A stretch of DNA of 52,200 bases, filler included, from Bipalium vagum (Eukaryota): assembly GCA_037834085.1 (NCBI GenBank). It is 2 parts of 2 records of this genome, joined end to end, with 100 filler letters (N's around TTAATTAATTAA, not from the genome) between each part and the next. Parts side by side here need not be neighbours in the genome. Positions count along the whole stretch, not along the records: positions 1 to 25,995 come from JBBMKC010166737.1; positions 26,096 to 52,200 come from JBBMKC010164561.1. The stretch is one strand, 5' to 3'. Position numbers and translations under genes: made by a program. The notes under the pieces are model-generated. The model searched no databases and was not told where the DNA came from. It worked only from the letters and a program-made list of their open reading frames with translations. Positions within the stretch are counted from its first letter, which is position 1, and every line of letters begins with the position of its first letter. Below are positions 25,049 through 39,500 of this stretch, in pieces.

Positions 25049-25222
25049 CTAGAATTCTCCTCTGCAAATTTTTCGGCTAAAATTCTCCTTTGCAAAATTT
25101 CAGCTAAAATTCTCCTTTGCAAATTTTGGCTAAACGTCTGGGCAAAAACGTCTGTCAGGAAATCCATTAGCCTGATCCCATGAAAAACCCACACGGCGGG
25201 TTTTTTCCATTAACAGTTTCCC
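25049..25222. repeat. About 3 copies of a 27-28 bp tandem repeat plus hairpin; probable non-autonomous transposon end
   Basis: Unit AATTCTCCTTTGCAAAATTTCAGCTAA starting at 25053, 25081 and 25108; then two AAACGTCTG and the hairpin AAAAACCC..GGGTTTTT. Confidence 0.6.
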
Positions 25223-25995
25223 TTTTAAAAATATTTTTAAAAAAAACTTATTATTATTAATTAAAATTAAAATTATTATTCAAAATTATTATTTTTTTAA
25301 AACCCAACAATATTATGAAATATGTTACTATTTTCCTTAATTGAAATATGTAACGTTAGCTAGAACTCAATAACTCCCCACGTTTTAATGTTGTGTTTGT
25401 TTTTTACACAAATTTAAACTCGAATGAATCAAGAATATCATAATCAAACTTCATACTTAACAAAAAGCCGTTTACACTGATAACAAAATCACAAAAAATT
25501 GTCTGAAGAGTCAATACGGAATCAAAACATGATCAAATGTCTGAATAATGCTTATAATTGATGTCCAATCTTCAAGTTAATGAATAATAAAAAAATGTAT
25601 GTTTTAAAAAAAAATAGAATGTAATAATTAAAACAAAATATAATTAAGACAAAATGTAAAAAAATTAAAAACCAAAAAAGAATAATTTGTCAATCAAAAA
25701 TACTCTTACCCAGAGCGACAACGAGTCCCTGGGTCGTCCTCTAAGTCCTTTACGATCACCTAGGAATTTCCAAGCTCGATATGCACTATTGTGAAATCCT
25801 GTTTTATAGTCATCGGTATAAAATAATTATGAGTAATGTCAATTTCTTCAAAATTTTCCCGAATTCTTTTACAAATAATATCGTTCACAACCTGTTCGTT
25901 AAATCTAATTAGCAACGAAAATATATACTGATGAGCAAATTTTTTGACCACCCTTAAAATTAGTTATATTTTGAAATATATTAACTTTTTAATGA

Positions 25996-26095
25996 NNNNN
26001 NNNNNNNNNNNNNNNNNNNNNNNNNNNNNNNNNNNNNNNTTAATTAATTAANNNNNNNNNNNNNNNNNNNNNNNNNNNNNNNNNNNNNNNNNNNN
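25996..26095. other. Artificial contig-joining spacer (N44-TTAATTAATTAA-N44)
   Basis: Exactly 100 nt and symmetric; the 12-mer is palindromic and places stop codons in all six frames. Confidence 0.92.

Positions 26096-26165
<70 letters not shown>
26096..26165. repeat. (AAT)n microsatellite at contig end
   Basis: Perfect AAT run directly after the N spacer. Confidence 0.95.
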
Positions 26166-26170
<5 letters not shown>

Positions 26171-27542
26171 CTACATTTCACTATACATATGAAAAAGTAA
26201 GTCGTCAACTGTAACTCATTTGTTACGAAGCTGGTTTCAATTTTAGCATGATAATGGTCTACCCCATGACTCCACATTACAAATTAAAAAATAATTTTAT
26301 GAAATTCCTACCATTCCCTAATTCACAATTAAATGAAATCCTATTGGAAAAGCGTAGAGCTAGATGACTTATTTTCAAGATTTTTTTGAGATCATGAAAT
26401 GCAAACTGACAGTAAACACTCATTTGCCAAATTTTGGGAAATACTGACTGCACTAATGAACATCTTTCAATATTTGCACATTTTTCTATGACTGATTGTG
26501 TTTTTCTCTGGACTTAAATAAACTTTATTTTTATTTGCATTTAAATTTATACAAATTTTTTCACAATTATAAGACAAATCACGGAAAATATTGCATAATA
26601 TAGGAGGAAATAAAAATGTTTTGTAATAATGTTAAATTTTCATATTAATTTTTCATCAACACAAAAATTATTACATTTCGCGTTGGTCTAAAATAATTGT
26701 CATTGATGTAACTGAAAGAAATCAATAGGCACAAGTGACAATTCAAATCAAAAAATAGATAAGATTTTTGAAAATAAGATAAAGTTCGTGTGGAATTCAG
26801 TGTCAAAGTTTTTTACCTTACCTTTTTGAGCGAAAAGATTTAACATTCAATGATTTTACAATTTATAAGCACTCTGAGATGAGTTGGTTAATTTAGATAA
26901 ATTGACGTCATTTATAAAACTTTCAAACATAAAAAAATAATTTCTTGCTTTTCTCCGTCCTCATCCTCATAGTTGCTCCTGTTGTTAACCAGCAGCTTAG
27001 TTGAATTTTAGTTACTTCTTTTCATTTTCGATTACCAGCACAAAACTCCAAATGGTTTACTATTAAGCCATTGTCAAATAATCAGCTATTAAAGTTGGCA
27101 ATATTATTAACTAGAAATCTCATGCTCGATAACCCAATACAATATTCAGAATAATTAAAGTATGTAAAAAATATTTATAAACACTGTCCATGATGAAAAG
27201 TGATTGATTACAAACTGTGATAACGTTTGAATAGGTTTCTCTAATATCATTCTTTTTATAAATACAATTCTTTCTGTCATGTTATTTAAATAATTTATTG
27301 ATTTTGTATATCAACAATGTAGATCAATAAATATTAGCAACAAAAATGGATAAATAAACTGATATGAGGAACAAGATTTTTCCCAAATACAAAAATTAAA
27401 AATTATATTTTTATTACAAGGTGAAATTGGAAATAATATATAATATTTAATTAATTTTCATTTACGAATAAATATCCTTGATTTTTCAATAAAATTAAAA
27501 AATATTATTAAATATTTATATTTGATATTTATAATTTATCAG

Positions 27543-30500
27543 CACCTAGAGACGTGCCAGAACTGAAAATTGGAAAGGTAGACAGGGAAAACTTTGTAAT
27601 TCATCTTGCAGTCAATCAGCCAAGTTTTGAGTATGGACCAATTAGTATTTATTTCATCGTAGTAGACGCCAATTACCTAATTCTTCGGGTTGCCAGACAG
27701 CAAAATATTTCTGAAACCAAAGCAGTGTACATATCCCAAGATATTATTTTCTCTTTGTTAACTAGACCTAATCGTTATAATTTATCAAATCAACATATCC
27801 CCTACATTGCAGCAAAACTCAACGCTTCTTTAGTGATGAAAGAATCTATTCATGGACAAGCTTTTATGTTTCCTTTGGGTAGCAAAAACACTGAAACTCC
27901 ATATCTTTATAACCGACCTTTGGTGAAGGGCATTGATTACAGAGCAGTGCTTATCGCCTGTATAAGTGTAAGTTAATTCTTTTATTAAATTTATCTCAAA
28001 TTTTATATTTTAATAAAAAGAGCAAACATTTTAAAAATATTCCTATTTACTTTAATTATTACATAAAAGATAAAGTTATTCATAAAGTTCTGAAAAATAT
28101 TTTTTTTATATAGTCAAAACTGGTCCATATGAATCTTGATAATATGAATATATTATTAGGTGTCCAAATAAGTTCTTGTCGATTGTGTTAAATTAATTAT
28201 ATTTCATTAAATAGTTTATTACTTATTCCTCAGAAAACCAATTTTTAAATAGGTTGCTTTAAATCATGCATGTAATTTGATATTTATCATAAAATATGAT
28301 GAACTCATATTTGAAGTTTTTATTAGTCAAAATGATGAACATAAATTCAATCCTTCATTCTGGATTTCCGTTTGAATATGTGATTGAATTCAATGCTTCA
28401 GAATTAATAATGGTTTAAAAAATATTTAAAACACTATGAATTAATGGTAAATGTGTTCTTCAATGAGCTTGGTTATTTTTGAACAATGACAATTAATTAG
28501 TTTAAAATAAGTAAAGTTTCTAAATTTTATTTTTTTAACAAATTTGGTCAATATGAAGAGAATTTATTTTGTTTAAATAAAACATATTATCCGACTGTTA
28601 TGAATATGCAAAAGATGAGTCAAAAACGGAAACGAAGAAATTTATTCAATGAAAAGAAACGTAAGCTTATAGAATTATTTGATGATGATAAAGGTTGTCC
28701 TCAGTGCTTACTTGGATCAAAATACAGATTTTAAATGAGATCTATCAAGACTCTCCCAAAATTTAGAGATTCTGTTATTGCATCAGGGTTGAATACCCGA
28801 AAAACACCGAAAACCACATTTGTTGACTGTATATAATTTGATATATATTTGTAAATTTATAATTTTCACAAAAGTTCCAGAAAATAAATCATTGAAATTA
28901 CTATTTAATATTGTACGTCGAAAATAAAACTTTCAAAAACTAATCAGAAGCCATAAACTTTATTTTATGATAACAAAATAATAAAAGTGAAAGATAAGGA
29001 TTTTCATTCATAAATCCGAAACTTCCAATGGAAATGAACAATTATTTGAGCAGTAAATCATATTAATTAATAAAATGAATTTTTATCAGGTGAACATTGG
29101 CGTCTTTAATATCCTTCTATTTAATATTATATTTATTATGGAATTTATTTTACTTTCCATATATGGCTTCTATTTTTAGCATCGATACTTTCTTCTATAA
29201 TTATGTATGGGGGAGTGCGAAAATTTATATATTTTTTAATAAAATATTTTTACTTATAATAATATTAATTTTTAATTATCAGTAACATTAAAAGCAATTC
29301 ATATAAACAAAATCTTGCTGATTTTCAAACACTGGATAAATGTCACAAAAAGAATTGAGTTTATACTTTTTACAAAAACGAACTTATTTTCGTATTTCTA
29401 TTAAAACAAAAAAATATTTTCAAAGATAATTTATTAAATTTGATACGATAATTTTTTTCATCTTAATATATTTTTATTTCATTTGAATCAAAAATACTTT
29501 TCCATCACTGTTGAAATTATACGAGGGGCATTCGAACAGTTTCAGAAAGGTTTAGTAAAAAATAAAACATTTAATCATAAAAAACGCTATTTTAATCCTA
29601 TATTTTATATCTAATAATAAAAGTCGCATTTAAATAAATAAATAAATATAAATATTTACATTTAAATATGGCATATAAAGCAAAAAATATGAATTTACCA
29701 ATGAAAAACTTTCGAGCAATGATTTTATATGATTTTCAATTCGGGTTGTCACAGTAGCAATGTCTCGGTCGCCTAAATTTGGCATTTCATAATGATGCTC
29801 CATCAGAAACTACAATGTATCGATAGTTTCATAAATTTAAGTCTGGAGGCATCTCTTTGGGTGTATCCGATGAAAATATTGAAGTTAAATTAATTGAAGA
29901 ATATTGTCGGACAATATATGATGAAATTCAGACATAATTGAACTTATCCATTCTATTTTACATGAAGACTTGGGTGTCAAAAAGTTTTGCTCTCATTGGA
30001 TACCGCATATCCTTACAATTGATCAAAAATGAGATTGAGTTAACTAATCCAAAAGTATGGACGATAAAAAAAAATCTCAAAACATGTTTATGCCATCTTC
30101 AGTGGCTCATGAATCATGGGTATACTCGTATGAACCAGAAACAAAGCCGCAGCCACTGTCTGGGTGTTACAGGGAGAGAAATGACCAAAAAATTGCGTTG
30201 GCAGCAGTTTTTGTCCTAATTAGGCTGTAGAAGCATTCAAATCAAGTGTTTTGGAATTACGGACTTCGGATTGGAATAAATTTTTTAATTACGGGTTTGA
30301 CAAAATGCAAGTGTATAAATTGTGATTTAATAAGCGATAATAATTGTTTTATAAAATTCAGGAAAATTGTAAAAATCTAATTTCACGGAGAAAAAATCAA
30401 TTTTTCAAATAAATGAACTTATTATAAAAATTGTCTTGTAAATTGTCACAAAAGAATCGAATATGAAATTTATTTTAATCTTTATTTTTTAATATGAAAT

Positions 30501-33500
30501 TAATTATTTTGTGAAAAAATATTTTTAATTAAAAGAATTGGATCAATGAAAATATTTCTGGGAAATTATTTAAAATGGAACATTATTTTTCGTAGAATTT
30601 TAATTAAAATATTTCTCATAAATATTTTTTCAAAGATAATATCTGTTAATTTTATCAAACATTGTACTTATTTATAAATATAAATTTGGACGTCACTTTG
30701 GGAGATTTGCCGATGAACACGGCGAAAGGCTGCATAAAACCATACATGTCTTTGAAAATCGTTTTGATGACAGTCGACCAAATGAAATGATGGCCGATTA
30801 TATATGGTCACTCCAAAGAAACACCTCTTTCTTTGGTTAATATACTGTTGAGTAATAAGTATTGCTAGTTTTGTGAAATTTTTTTATTTTGTTAAAAGTG
30901 ATGTAAGTCTAAAATGGTTCGACCGATTTCTGTTCAATTTTATCATCCTTCCTATTATAACATGCGTGACTGAATAAAGTTAAAAATTAAGAGGGAAAAG
31001 AAAATAAATTTTTTGTTACAGGTGTGTAATCACAACGTTAACATTTTAGCAGTTTCGAAATCTCAATGAAGCTTCTTCTTGTTTTTGGTTGAACAAGTAT
31101 TTATTAAATATTTTGTTCATTATTGAATAAAATTTTCTTATTTTATTAAACTAAAATACTTTCAAAATATTTATTGTTTTAATAAGTATATAAAAAAATA
31201 ATTATTGAATATTAAATCAATTTGAACATTTAGTTCTGTTCAGGTTTTATTTTGAATATTAATTTCGGAGAAATACTTCCACTGAACAAAAGACTCTTTC
31301 TTCCAAATTATTGCTTCTTATTAGAACCATAGTCTGACTATATAAGCCCAAAGAATCTCATTACTAAGATAGATTCAAGAAAAAAAATAACTAAGACCGA
31401 TATTTAAATATCCATCCATAAAGAACTTTGAAACCTCCTTGCAACACAAACTTGTGAGTGGAAAAATTAATCACACGTCACATACAAAACGAAGTGAAAT
31501 AAACTATTGTTTTGAGTAAGGACATCAAGGTTCACCACCACCACGTTACCTTCGTTTTATTCATTTGTCTCCTGTGTTGTTATGATTATGGGGAATCAAT
31601 TTTGGTGCCTTTTGATATCTCATGTGGATTCCAACACATTTTATAATAAGATTTCATTAATGTTAAATTTACTTTCATTTATATATTTTAAGTTTTGAAA
31701 TTCACTATATATTATATTATATATTATATTATATATATTAACAAGAGTCTAAAAAAGAGAAACAATAGTTGACTAATACTTTTTCATAGTGGTGACCCGA
31801 AAGCTTTAATCCATCTAGATACACACGTTACATATGAACTACATATTAACCAAAGAAAACAGATCAGAGAAATGAAGAAACTGGAAAGATGGTGATAAGA
31901 CTAAAGGTAAAACTAAACTACTGAGACAATTCATTTTTCATACTTACTATAACATGTGACAACAAATGAATAGAATACCACAACGTGAAATTATCGAATT
32001 TTTGATTAATCATTCTCCGTAAAAATAGCAAAGACCATGTATCTTGAAACCGATGTTGCCAAAGTTGTACTTTCCGGACATATTGTCTACACACTTTTAT
32101 TTGAATTATCTATCTAATTTTTTTGGAAATTATAACTATCCTCATGTTGCATACTTCAGAACTACCGAATTTTAGTCCATGGGAATAAATAAACTTGTTT
32201 CTAGTTCAGAAAAATGTCTAGAATTGAAAAGTTCTTTCTTAAAATAATAAAAATTGTCTTATCAGTTTAGAATGAAAAGCCGAAATTGCTTTCATCAACG
32301 TATTACATACATTCATTCAGATTCCCCAAAAAAATTATTTCAATTCTTATTTGGTAGAGATATCGCGATTTCATGTTAGAAATTTTTGTATAATTTTATA
32401 TATAACAATTATATTTATAAATTTATTTTCGAGGATTATTTGAAATTTTCTTTATTTTTATAAAAAAAACTAACTTTTTTGATAGTTCTATATTTTTCAG
32501 CCTGTTTTTGATGAAAATTCAGTCAGCAGAATTTGTTCTATAGGAAAATGGTCGGAAAATTTAAACCCTTTAACGAGTTCACCAAATATGATGAGCAGTG
32601 AATATAAAAATATGTCTTTTAATCTGAAAGATAACGACAGTCATATCTCAAAATTTGTTTTATCTAGAAACGTTTTGATATCAGTTTTTACTTCAATAAT
32701 TGTATGTTTAATTATACTGTTTCTTTTTGTTCTTGTTAAAAGACGAAATAGCATACTGAAAGCTAGCTTTCCTTGTTTGCAATTGAGGTAAGCTTTGTAT
32801 ATTAATAATTATGTCAAAACTTAGCAAGACTGTAGAAATACCCATCATCATTACCATTCACCCTCAAATACGGAAGTCAAGGAAAATATTATCAACCCTT
32901 TGATGGGTTCGCCGAATGTCGGTTCGTCGTATTTGTCCCAAAGTCACGACATTTTGAAGCTTACTCAAACTCAAATCTTGAACACTCCTGGTTAGATATA
33001 CATAATTTATATTATTTCAAATGATAAATTCATTTGGACGAATTATAAAGATTAGTGTCAAATATACATCTCAGATTTGCATTTATCGATTTTGGCATTA
33101 ATAAGGACATTCATTTATATTATTTATTTTCCTTCTATTTTTTTACCTCATTTATATTGGGTACCCGGAAAGAAAATCAGCGATTTTGCAAATGTCATTT
33201 TAATCGCACTTAGTTGATATTAAATTATTTCATAAATAAAATTAGATTTATTTATTATGTGGTATTTAATCGATTATTTGTTTAAATAATAACGTTGCTG
33301 GATACATTTGTGAATATCAAAATATGAATGCAGATAAGACACATGATATATACTGTTTACTATTTGAATTTGAACAAGAGTCTTATACAAGAATTGCTCC
33401 CCTAAAGGTAAAGAAATTTTTGAGAAGAATGATTTAAGTGAGACTCAATGTATTGAATGATTTAATCGATTCACAAATAATAATTTAGGCCTGGCAGACT

Positions 33501-36500
33501 TCTTGAAAAATGGTCGATCATCGATTCTGATAATGAAATTGTACGAAAATCCCAGGCAAACCGTCGCAGAGATTGCTGTTAATCCGCACTGTTGGTAGCA
33601 GACAGCTCGTGATCATGGATATCTCATTAGAAAGTCATACATAGCTGGGATATGGATTCCACACATTTTATTAAATGAGTAGAAGTCTATGAGGAATATG
33701 ATTTCAAATGCAAATTTAATAAGACTTACCAAAAAACCATTTTGGAAGAAAATTATTACTTTCAATGTAGAAAGAAATCCATATGAGAACCTATATCGTC
33801 ATCCCCAATGGGTTTCTTCAGAACAGACACCAGTTTCAAATTCATGGCGACCAATATATGGTAAAAGTGTGTGCTGTGTGTATGGTAGGACTGGAACGGA
33901 ATTGTGTATTGGGAGGTGCTTGAATAAGAGTAAACTGTTGACTGAAATTGCTGATGCACTCTCGCAAACTCCCCCAAACTTAGTTAATAGAAAAGGTGTT
34001 ATCATCCTTCACGATAACGCTGGGCCACACTTCCAAAATTACTCTCCAGAGATTCGTAATTTTGACTGTGAAGTCTTGTTTCATCTAGTTTTCATCTAGC
34101 ATTTAAATTATTCTTTTTCGATCTTTGCAGCACTTTAAAAAAAAGGTCAACAGTTATGAAATTCCAATAATTTTTTGTTGAAAAGTCTGCTAAATTTTTT
34201 CCCGGTGGTATCTTGGCGAAAAGATGGTAGATGATTATCAATAATGGTGGCGAATACATAATTGATTGATATTATTTTGTATTAAATTATTATGTTGAAA
34301 CTTTACTTTTGGCAAAATAACGCCGAAAATATTGATATTTTCTAACATTTCTTAATTATATATATTATTAATTATATATTATATTCAATAAATAAATAAT
34401 TTAATAATTAATATAATAAAAAAATTTACAAAATTCTAAATTGAAATACAACAGAGTTAAGTATAATTGTTCCGAGAAAAGCAGAGAACATTTCTGAAAA
34501 TAATTATAATATATTAATAATAATTTATAATTATTCAATTTATAATAAGCTTTCAACATCAAAGATATCACAGTCTTTAAGGAAACCCATAGTCGTTTAA
34601 ATAATGTTGTAAAGGTTCTGTCAAAAATAAATTGCTAAAGATTTCATTGAAAAGTTTCTTTTATGAAAATAAGATATGTTAATTAAATAAATTATAATTA
34701 GTTATCTGTCTTTATTATAATTACCTTTAGACAACATTGACTTTTAGACAACGGACTATACTCAGAAATATTATATATTCATTATATATATAATATAAAC
34801 GAATGTTCACTTTCCTTTGAAAGTATCTTAATGAATATTTCATATTTTAAAGATTTTTTACTGATCTTAGCAAATATTCATTTGATTTAGACCACTTTGA
34901 TGGGCTGGATTAACTCAACCGTATCAAAATTCATTTTTCCCGATATTACTTATCTTACATTAGCAGTATTGATCAACCCAATATGATCTTAAAATTCTAA
35001 AATTCACGTTTCTACTAAAAACAATATTGATGTAATACCAAGAAAGAATAAGAAATCTTTCTCAAATATTTTCTTTGAATAAATATCTCTTCCAGAAAAA
35101 ATATTAAAATTTAATAAAAGAAATCTTCTTTATAATAATTAATTATATTATTTTGTTCTGATTTAGCCGTTTTTAATTCAAAATAAATTTCATAGGTTTT
35201 TCTAAAAAAAACATTAACACTTTCATAAACGCTATTTAAATCCTGATGTACATTTATATATGTATATATTATTATATTTATATAAATTATTATATATAAA
35301 TCAAAAATGTTATTAAATAAAAATTTATATTAACAAATTTCCATCTAATGTGCATTATAATATCAGCCATAAGTTTTTTATTAAACTTATTTCAATATAC
35401 GTGTATACACGTATTATTCTACTGGTTAAAATCATATGTTATTAATCGGATATTACACGACCAATACCCTAAAATATTTAGAAATTATTTAAAGTATAAA
35501 TTTGAAAAATGAAAACTAAAAATCAGCACCACCCCATTCCTAATGAAAGACGAGCAGATAGGCAATAAATTGATCCAAATACAGAAAATGAATAAATAAA
35601 ACATCAAGGATTATTAAAATCTAATAAGCAGGAAGCTACAAGAACCGACTACATACTAAGACCAATACTTTCAATGATAAATTGTGCCAAATATAAAGCT
35701 GCGAGTGTTAGTGTAAGTACTAAAATATTTAATGAGCAGTAGATAATATTGTAGATGAAGAAAATGTTTAAAAAACCAGTCATAAAATTAATAAATTAAA
35801 TATTTAATATTGAGAAAGCAAATAAAAGAAGCATAAGGTTTTCTCAAAAATATATGATGTTCCATAAATAACTTTAATACTTTAAATGCCTATAAATCTA
35901 AAGTTTTTTGTTTATATAAGCTAAAATTTTGAAAGACATTATATTAAAAGACAATTTAAATCGCGTACAAATCTAGGACTCTCAAGCCTTTCACAAGATG
36001 AATCCATTTATATAAGAAAATGTTTTACGAACATTATCAGTTCGTAAAATAAAAATATGGGGAAAATGAAAATTTTTGGAGCATCCAAGAGAACAAGCGT
36101 GCAGGCGATTCATTTCGTAGTCTAAAAATCTGAGGAATCTGGCACTGGCCAAAATAGAATACATCCCAAAAGACCATAAGACCTGAAAATATTGCAGTTT
36201 TTATGAAACTGTAAAATGATCCATCAACACCAGTTCGACGACGATCTAAACAAAAAAGCCTTAATAAAAACAAGTTTATCGAGAATTGTGGATAACAATT
36301 TACATTTACATTCATATAAAATTTAGTTAATCCCGCAATCAAAGGAAATAGATCATTTGCAATGTTGAAAAGTACAATTAAAGAGCAATCAATCCAGGTT
36401 TTGCAAATAAAAACATCTTCAGTGATGAAGCTCATTTTACCTTAAATGGTACAATAAATAGTCAATAAGCCAAATTTTCGCATTTGGAGTTAGAAGATTT

Positions 36501-39500
36501 CTTAAATTATTCACACATAAGCACTTCCTTTCAAAAAATGTACAGCTTGAAGCCCTTTATTGTCTGGTGGAATTATCGGCTCGTTTTTCTTTGAGGATGA
36601 TTATAGAAAACCTATCACTGTAAATACAGTTACGTTATAATTCGATGATCAAAGATTTCTTACAGCTTCAACTTGTTGAAATTGACCTTAGTGGTGTTTA
36701 CTTTTGTGTCACAAAACACGAGAGAACATATCGTTATTATCCATCAGATTTCAAAGACTTCTAACCTTATGAATGGTAATGTGAATTGGCCAAGAAGATC
36801 GTGCAATCTCACTCTTAGATTTTTTGAAAAATCGGGTGTTTATCAGCAACCCAACAACCATTTCGGACCTAAAAGAAAATATTTGATCTGACATAAGAGA
36901 AATTTATGTTCAAATTATTAGAAATGTCATACAATTTTTCAATGATCAAATCGACGTGTCCCATCACAGATGTGATGGACATCTCATGGGTATTATTTTT
37001 CACATTTAATTGCACATTAGTTTATTATAAACATTTTTAAGAATTATTTTTTAATATATTTTTTTAAAAGGAAAAAACATCCTAAAGACATTTATGGAAC
37101 ACGATATAGTTCATTTCACAGAGAAAGATAAAAGATGGATTAAATTCAGTTAGGTTATTTCTAAAAAGATTTTAAAATAAATTGAAAATTAAAATAAATA
37201 ATTATATTTATAGTTCTATGTACTATCCATATCTGTAGACAATTTTATTTTCTATTGTTTCTTGTGATGGGAATCAGACTTGATAAAAAAGCTTTTAAAA
37301 GTTTGTATAACTTACTTTGCATATTTTACTACAGATTTTATTTTTAAAATGAAATGTACTAAAATTATTTTTGTTTTATTAAACTATTTTACATTTAATT
37401 TCTTTGAATATTTCAAAATTCCTGGAATATTAGTTTTGTGATATTTCATAATATGAAAACAACTCTTTGACGTTTTCTATTTGATAAGAAGAAACACGCG
37501 TGAATATCCTGAATCAATGTGTGTTTTACCATAAAATTCCAATAGAAAATATAAAATAATATAATACAAAATAAATTAGTTTACATTATATTTCTAATTA
37601 ACCTAAGAGCAAAGGGACAATTAGGAACAAACTGAACAATTAGGTTTTGATCCTAAATCAACATATGTGAATATCCACCTGGTTGACTTTTTGGCCTCAC
37701 TTTAATTATTTTCTTAAATGTTCTTTTTCAATTATTTGTTTGTTTGAATAAATTATTCTATACTGTCAATCTTAACCAAATCTAAATTTTTATGATAATT
37801 TGTTTTAGTGAGAAACTGAAAAAATTATGTCCCATTTCTTAATTTCTTCTTTTCCTATCTTTTTCCCGTCTTGAAAATACGAATAATATTTATTTAATGT
37901 AAAATCCAATGAGATTTTTATCTTTGCCAAACATTTTAATTAAATTCTTCATCGTTTTTGATTTCCAGGACAATTTTGTAAACGATTTATGATCAAAAAA
38001 TAAAATTGGTTGATCTTGGGCCTATTTTGTCTTTATATTCAAATTACAGTCTCAAATTTAAATATAACGTTTTGTATTGATAATAATAATTATTATTTTA
38101 TATTTTATTAATAGTGATTAATGTATCAATTGCCCTTCATACTACTTTTCAGAAAAGATTTTTGCATATTTAAATAAAAATCTAATTAATAAATTAATTA
38201 GTTAATTATTTATTCATTACATTTGTCATTCAACTAATAAAAACAGAAAAAAATCAAAACCATTAATTTTAATTCTTAATTAATAGTTATAAAAATTAGG
38301 AGATATTTTAAATAGAGCTTATTAGCAAAATCCGGACAACAAAAATACCTAATAATAACGAAAAAATATTATGAAAAAACAGTTATTGGGATATAACAGA
38401 AAGCTTTTCATTTAAAATAAGAAAACTTTTAATACCTGGTATATACCAGGTTGTCAGATATGAAATGTGTAAAATGAAATACCAATTTTATTGATAAATT
38501 ACAAGTACAAGGAATTATATTTTCTTCAAAGTATGCACTCATAATGTTTATACACTTATGCCACTTAAGTGGCAATTTGTACAGATCGGTTATATAAAAC
38601 CGTGGTAGACGAAAGTCAATGAATTTCTGGAAGGCAAACTTTACATTATTCTCGGAATTGAATTGTTATCCTAATAAAAGAATCCAAATTGCAGAGGAAA
38701 TGTAAGTCTGTAAAGGTTAGGCTTGGAGCATATGAAGGGAGATGAATAAATTGCAATTTCTATTACTGTGGTTTTGACAGTCATTTGTGCATTTTGTAGT
38801 CTCGCGTTATCATGCAAATTTAGATGATGTTCTCTGTACCATTCAAACGTCTGGGTTTTATAGTTATAAGTCTTGTTGTTTTCTTTAAATGATTACATAC
38901 TTCATCCATGATAACAAAATATTTTTATTTATTAATTAATTGTATTGTATAAAACTTATTATTGTTTTTCTTTAAGACTTATTAGTGCAATCGTCTCCTC
39001 TGAAAGGTTTAAAGGAATCCAATTTTACATTGAATAAAGGTTAGGAATTTAAGATATTACTTTTATTTTAAAAAATGATATTCATATAGATATGTTTCAA
39101 AAGAGTCAACATAAAATCCACATCAATTTATTTCAAGAATATATTTCCAGATTGAAAGCAAATGATAACCGAGGCTTTTCCATTGAATTTGAGTCCATAG
39201 ATCATGCTAAGCAATTCTCTTGGGAACAATCGAATAAACCTGAGAACAAGGCAAAGAATAGATATGCCAATGTTGTGGCCTATGATCATAGCAGAGTTGT
39301 GCTGCAAAGTACAAAAATAAATAACGGTCTGGAAAACAATTTAGAACCTTGTAAATGTGCAGATTATATTAATGCCAATTACATTAATGGGTATAGGAGA
39401 CAAAATGCTTACATTGCAACTCAGGTAATATGCTTCTGTTTGTAACAAGTAAAATAAATAATAAATTTCTGTATTTTTTTCCAAAATCCGAAGATCGTTT

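Noticed and set aside
25708-25746. Helitron-like end CCCAG..CTGGG-TCGTCCTCTAAGT
   Set aside because: The terminus is CTAAG rather than CTAG and there is no other support.
26044-26277. Poly-Leu ORF
   Set aside because: It is the reverse translation of the (AAT)n repeat and the N spacer.
32271-32353. Possible extra LAR exon ([12 protein letters not shown]...)
   Set aside because: Its donor is phase 2, whereas exons 27967 and 32501 already join correctly in phase 0.
36037-36435. 132-aa minus-strand ORF
   Set aside because: It is antisense to the rosa-like transposase on the plus strand.
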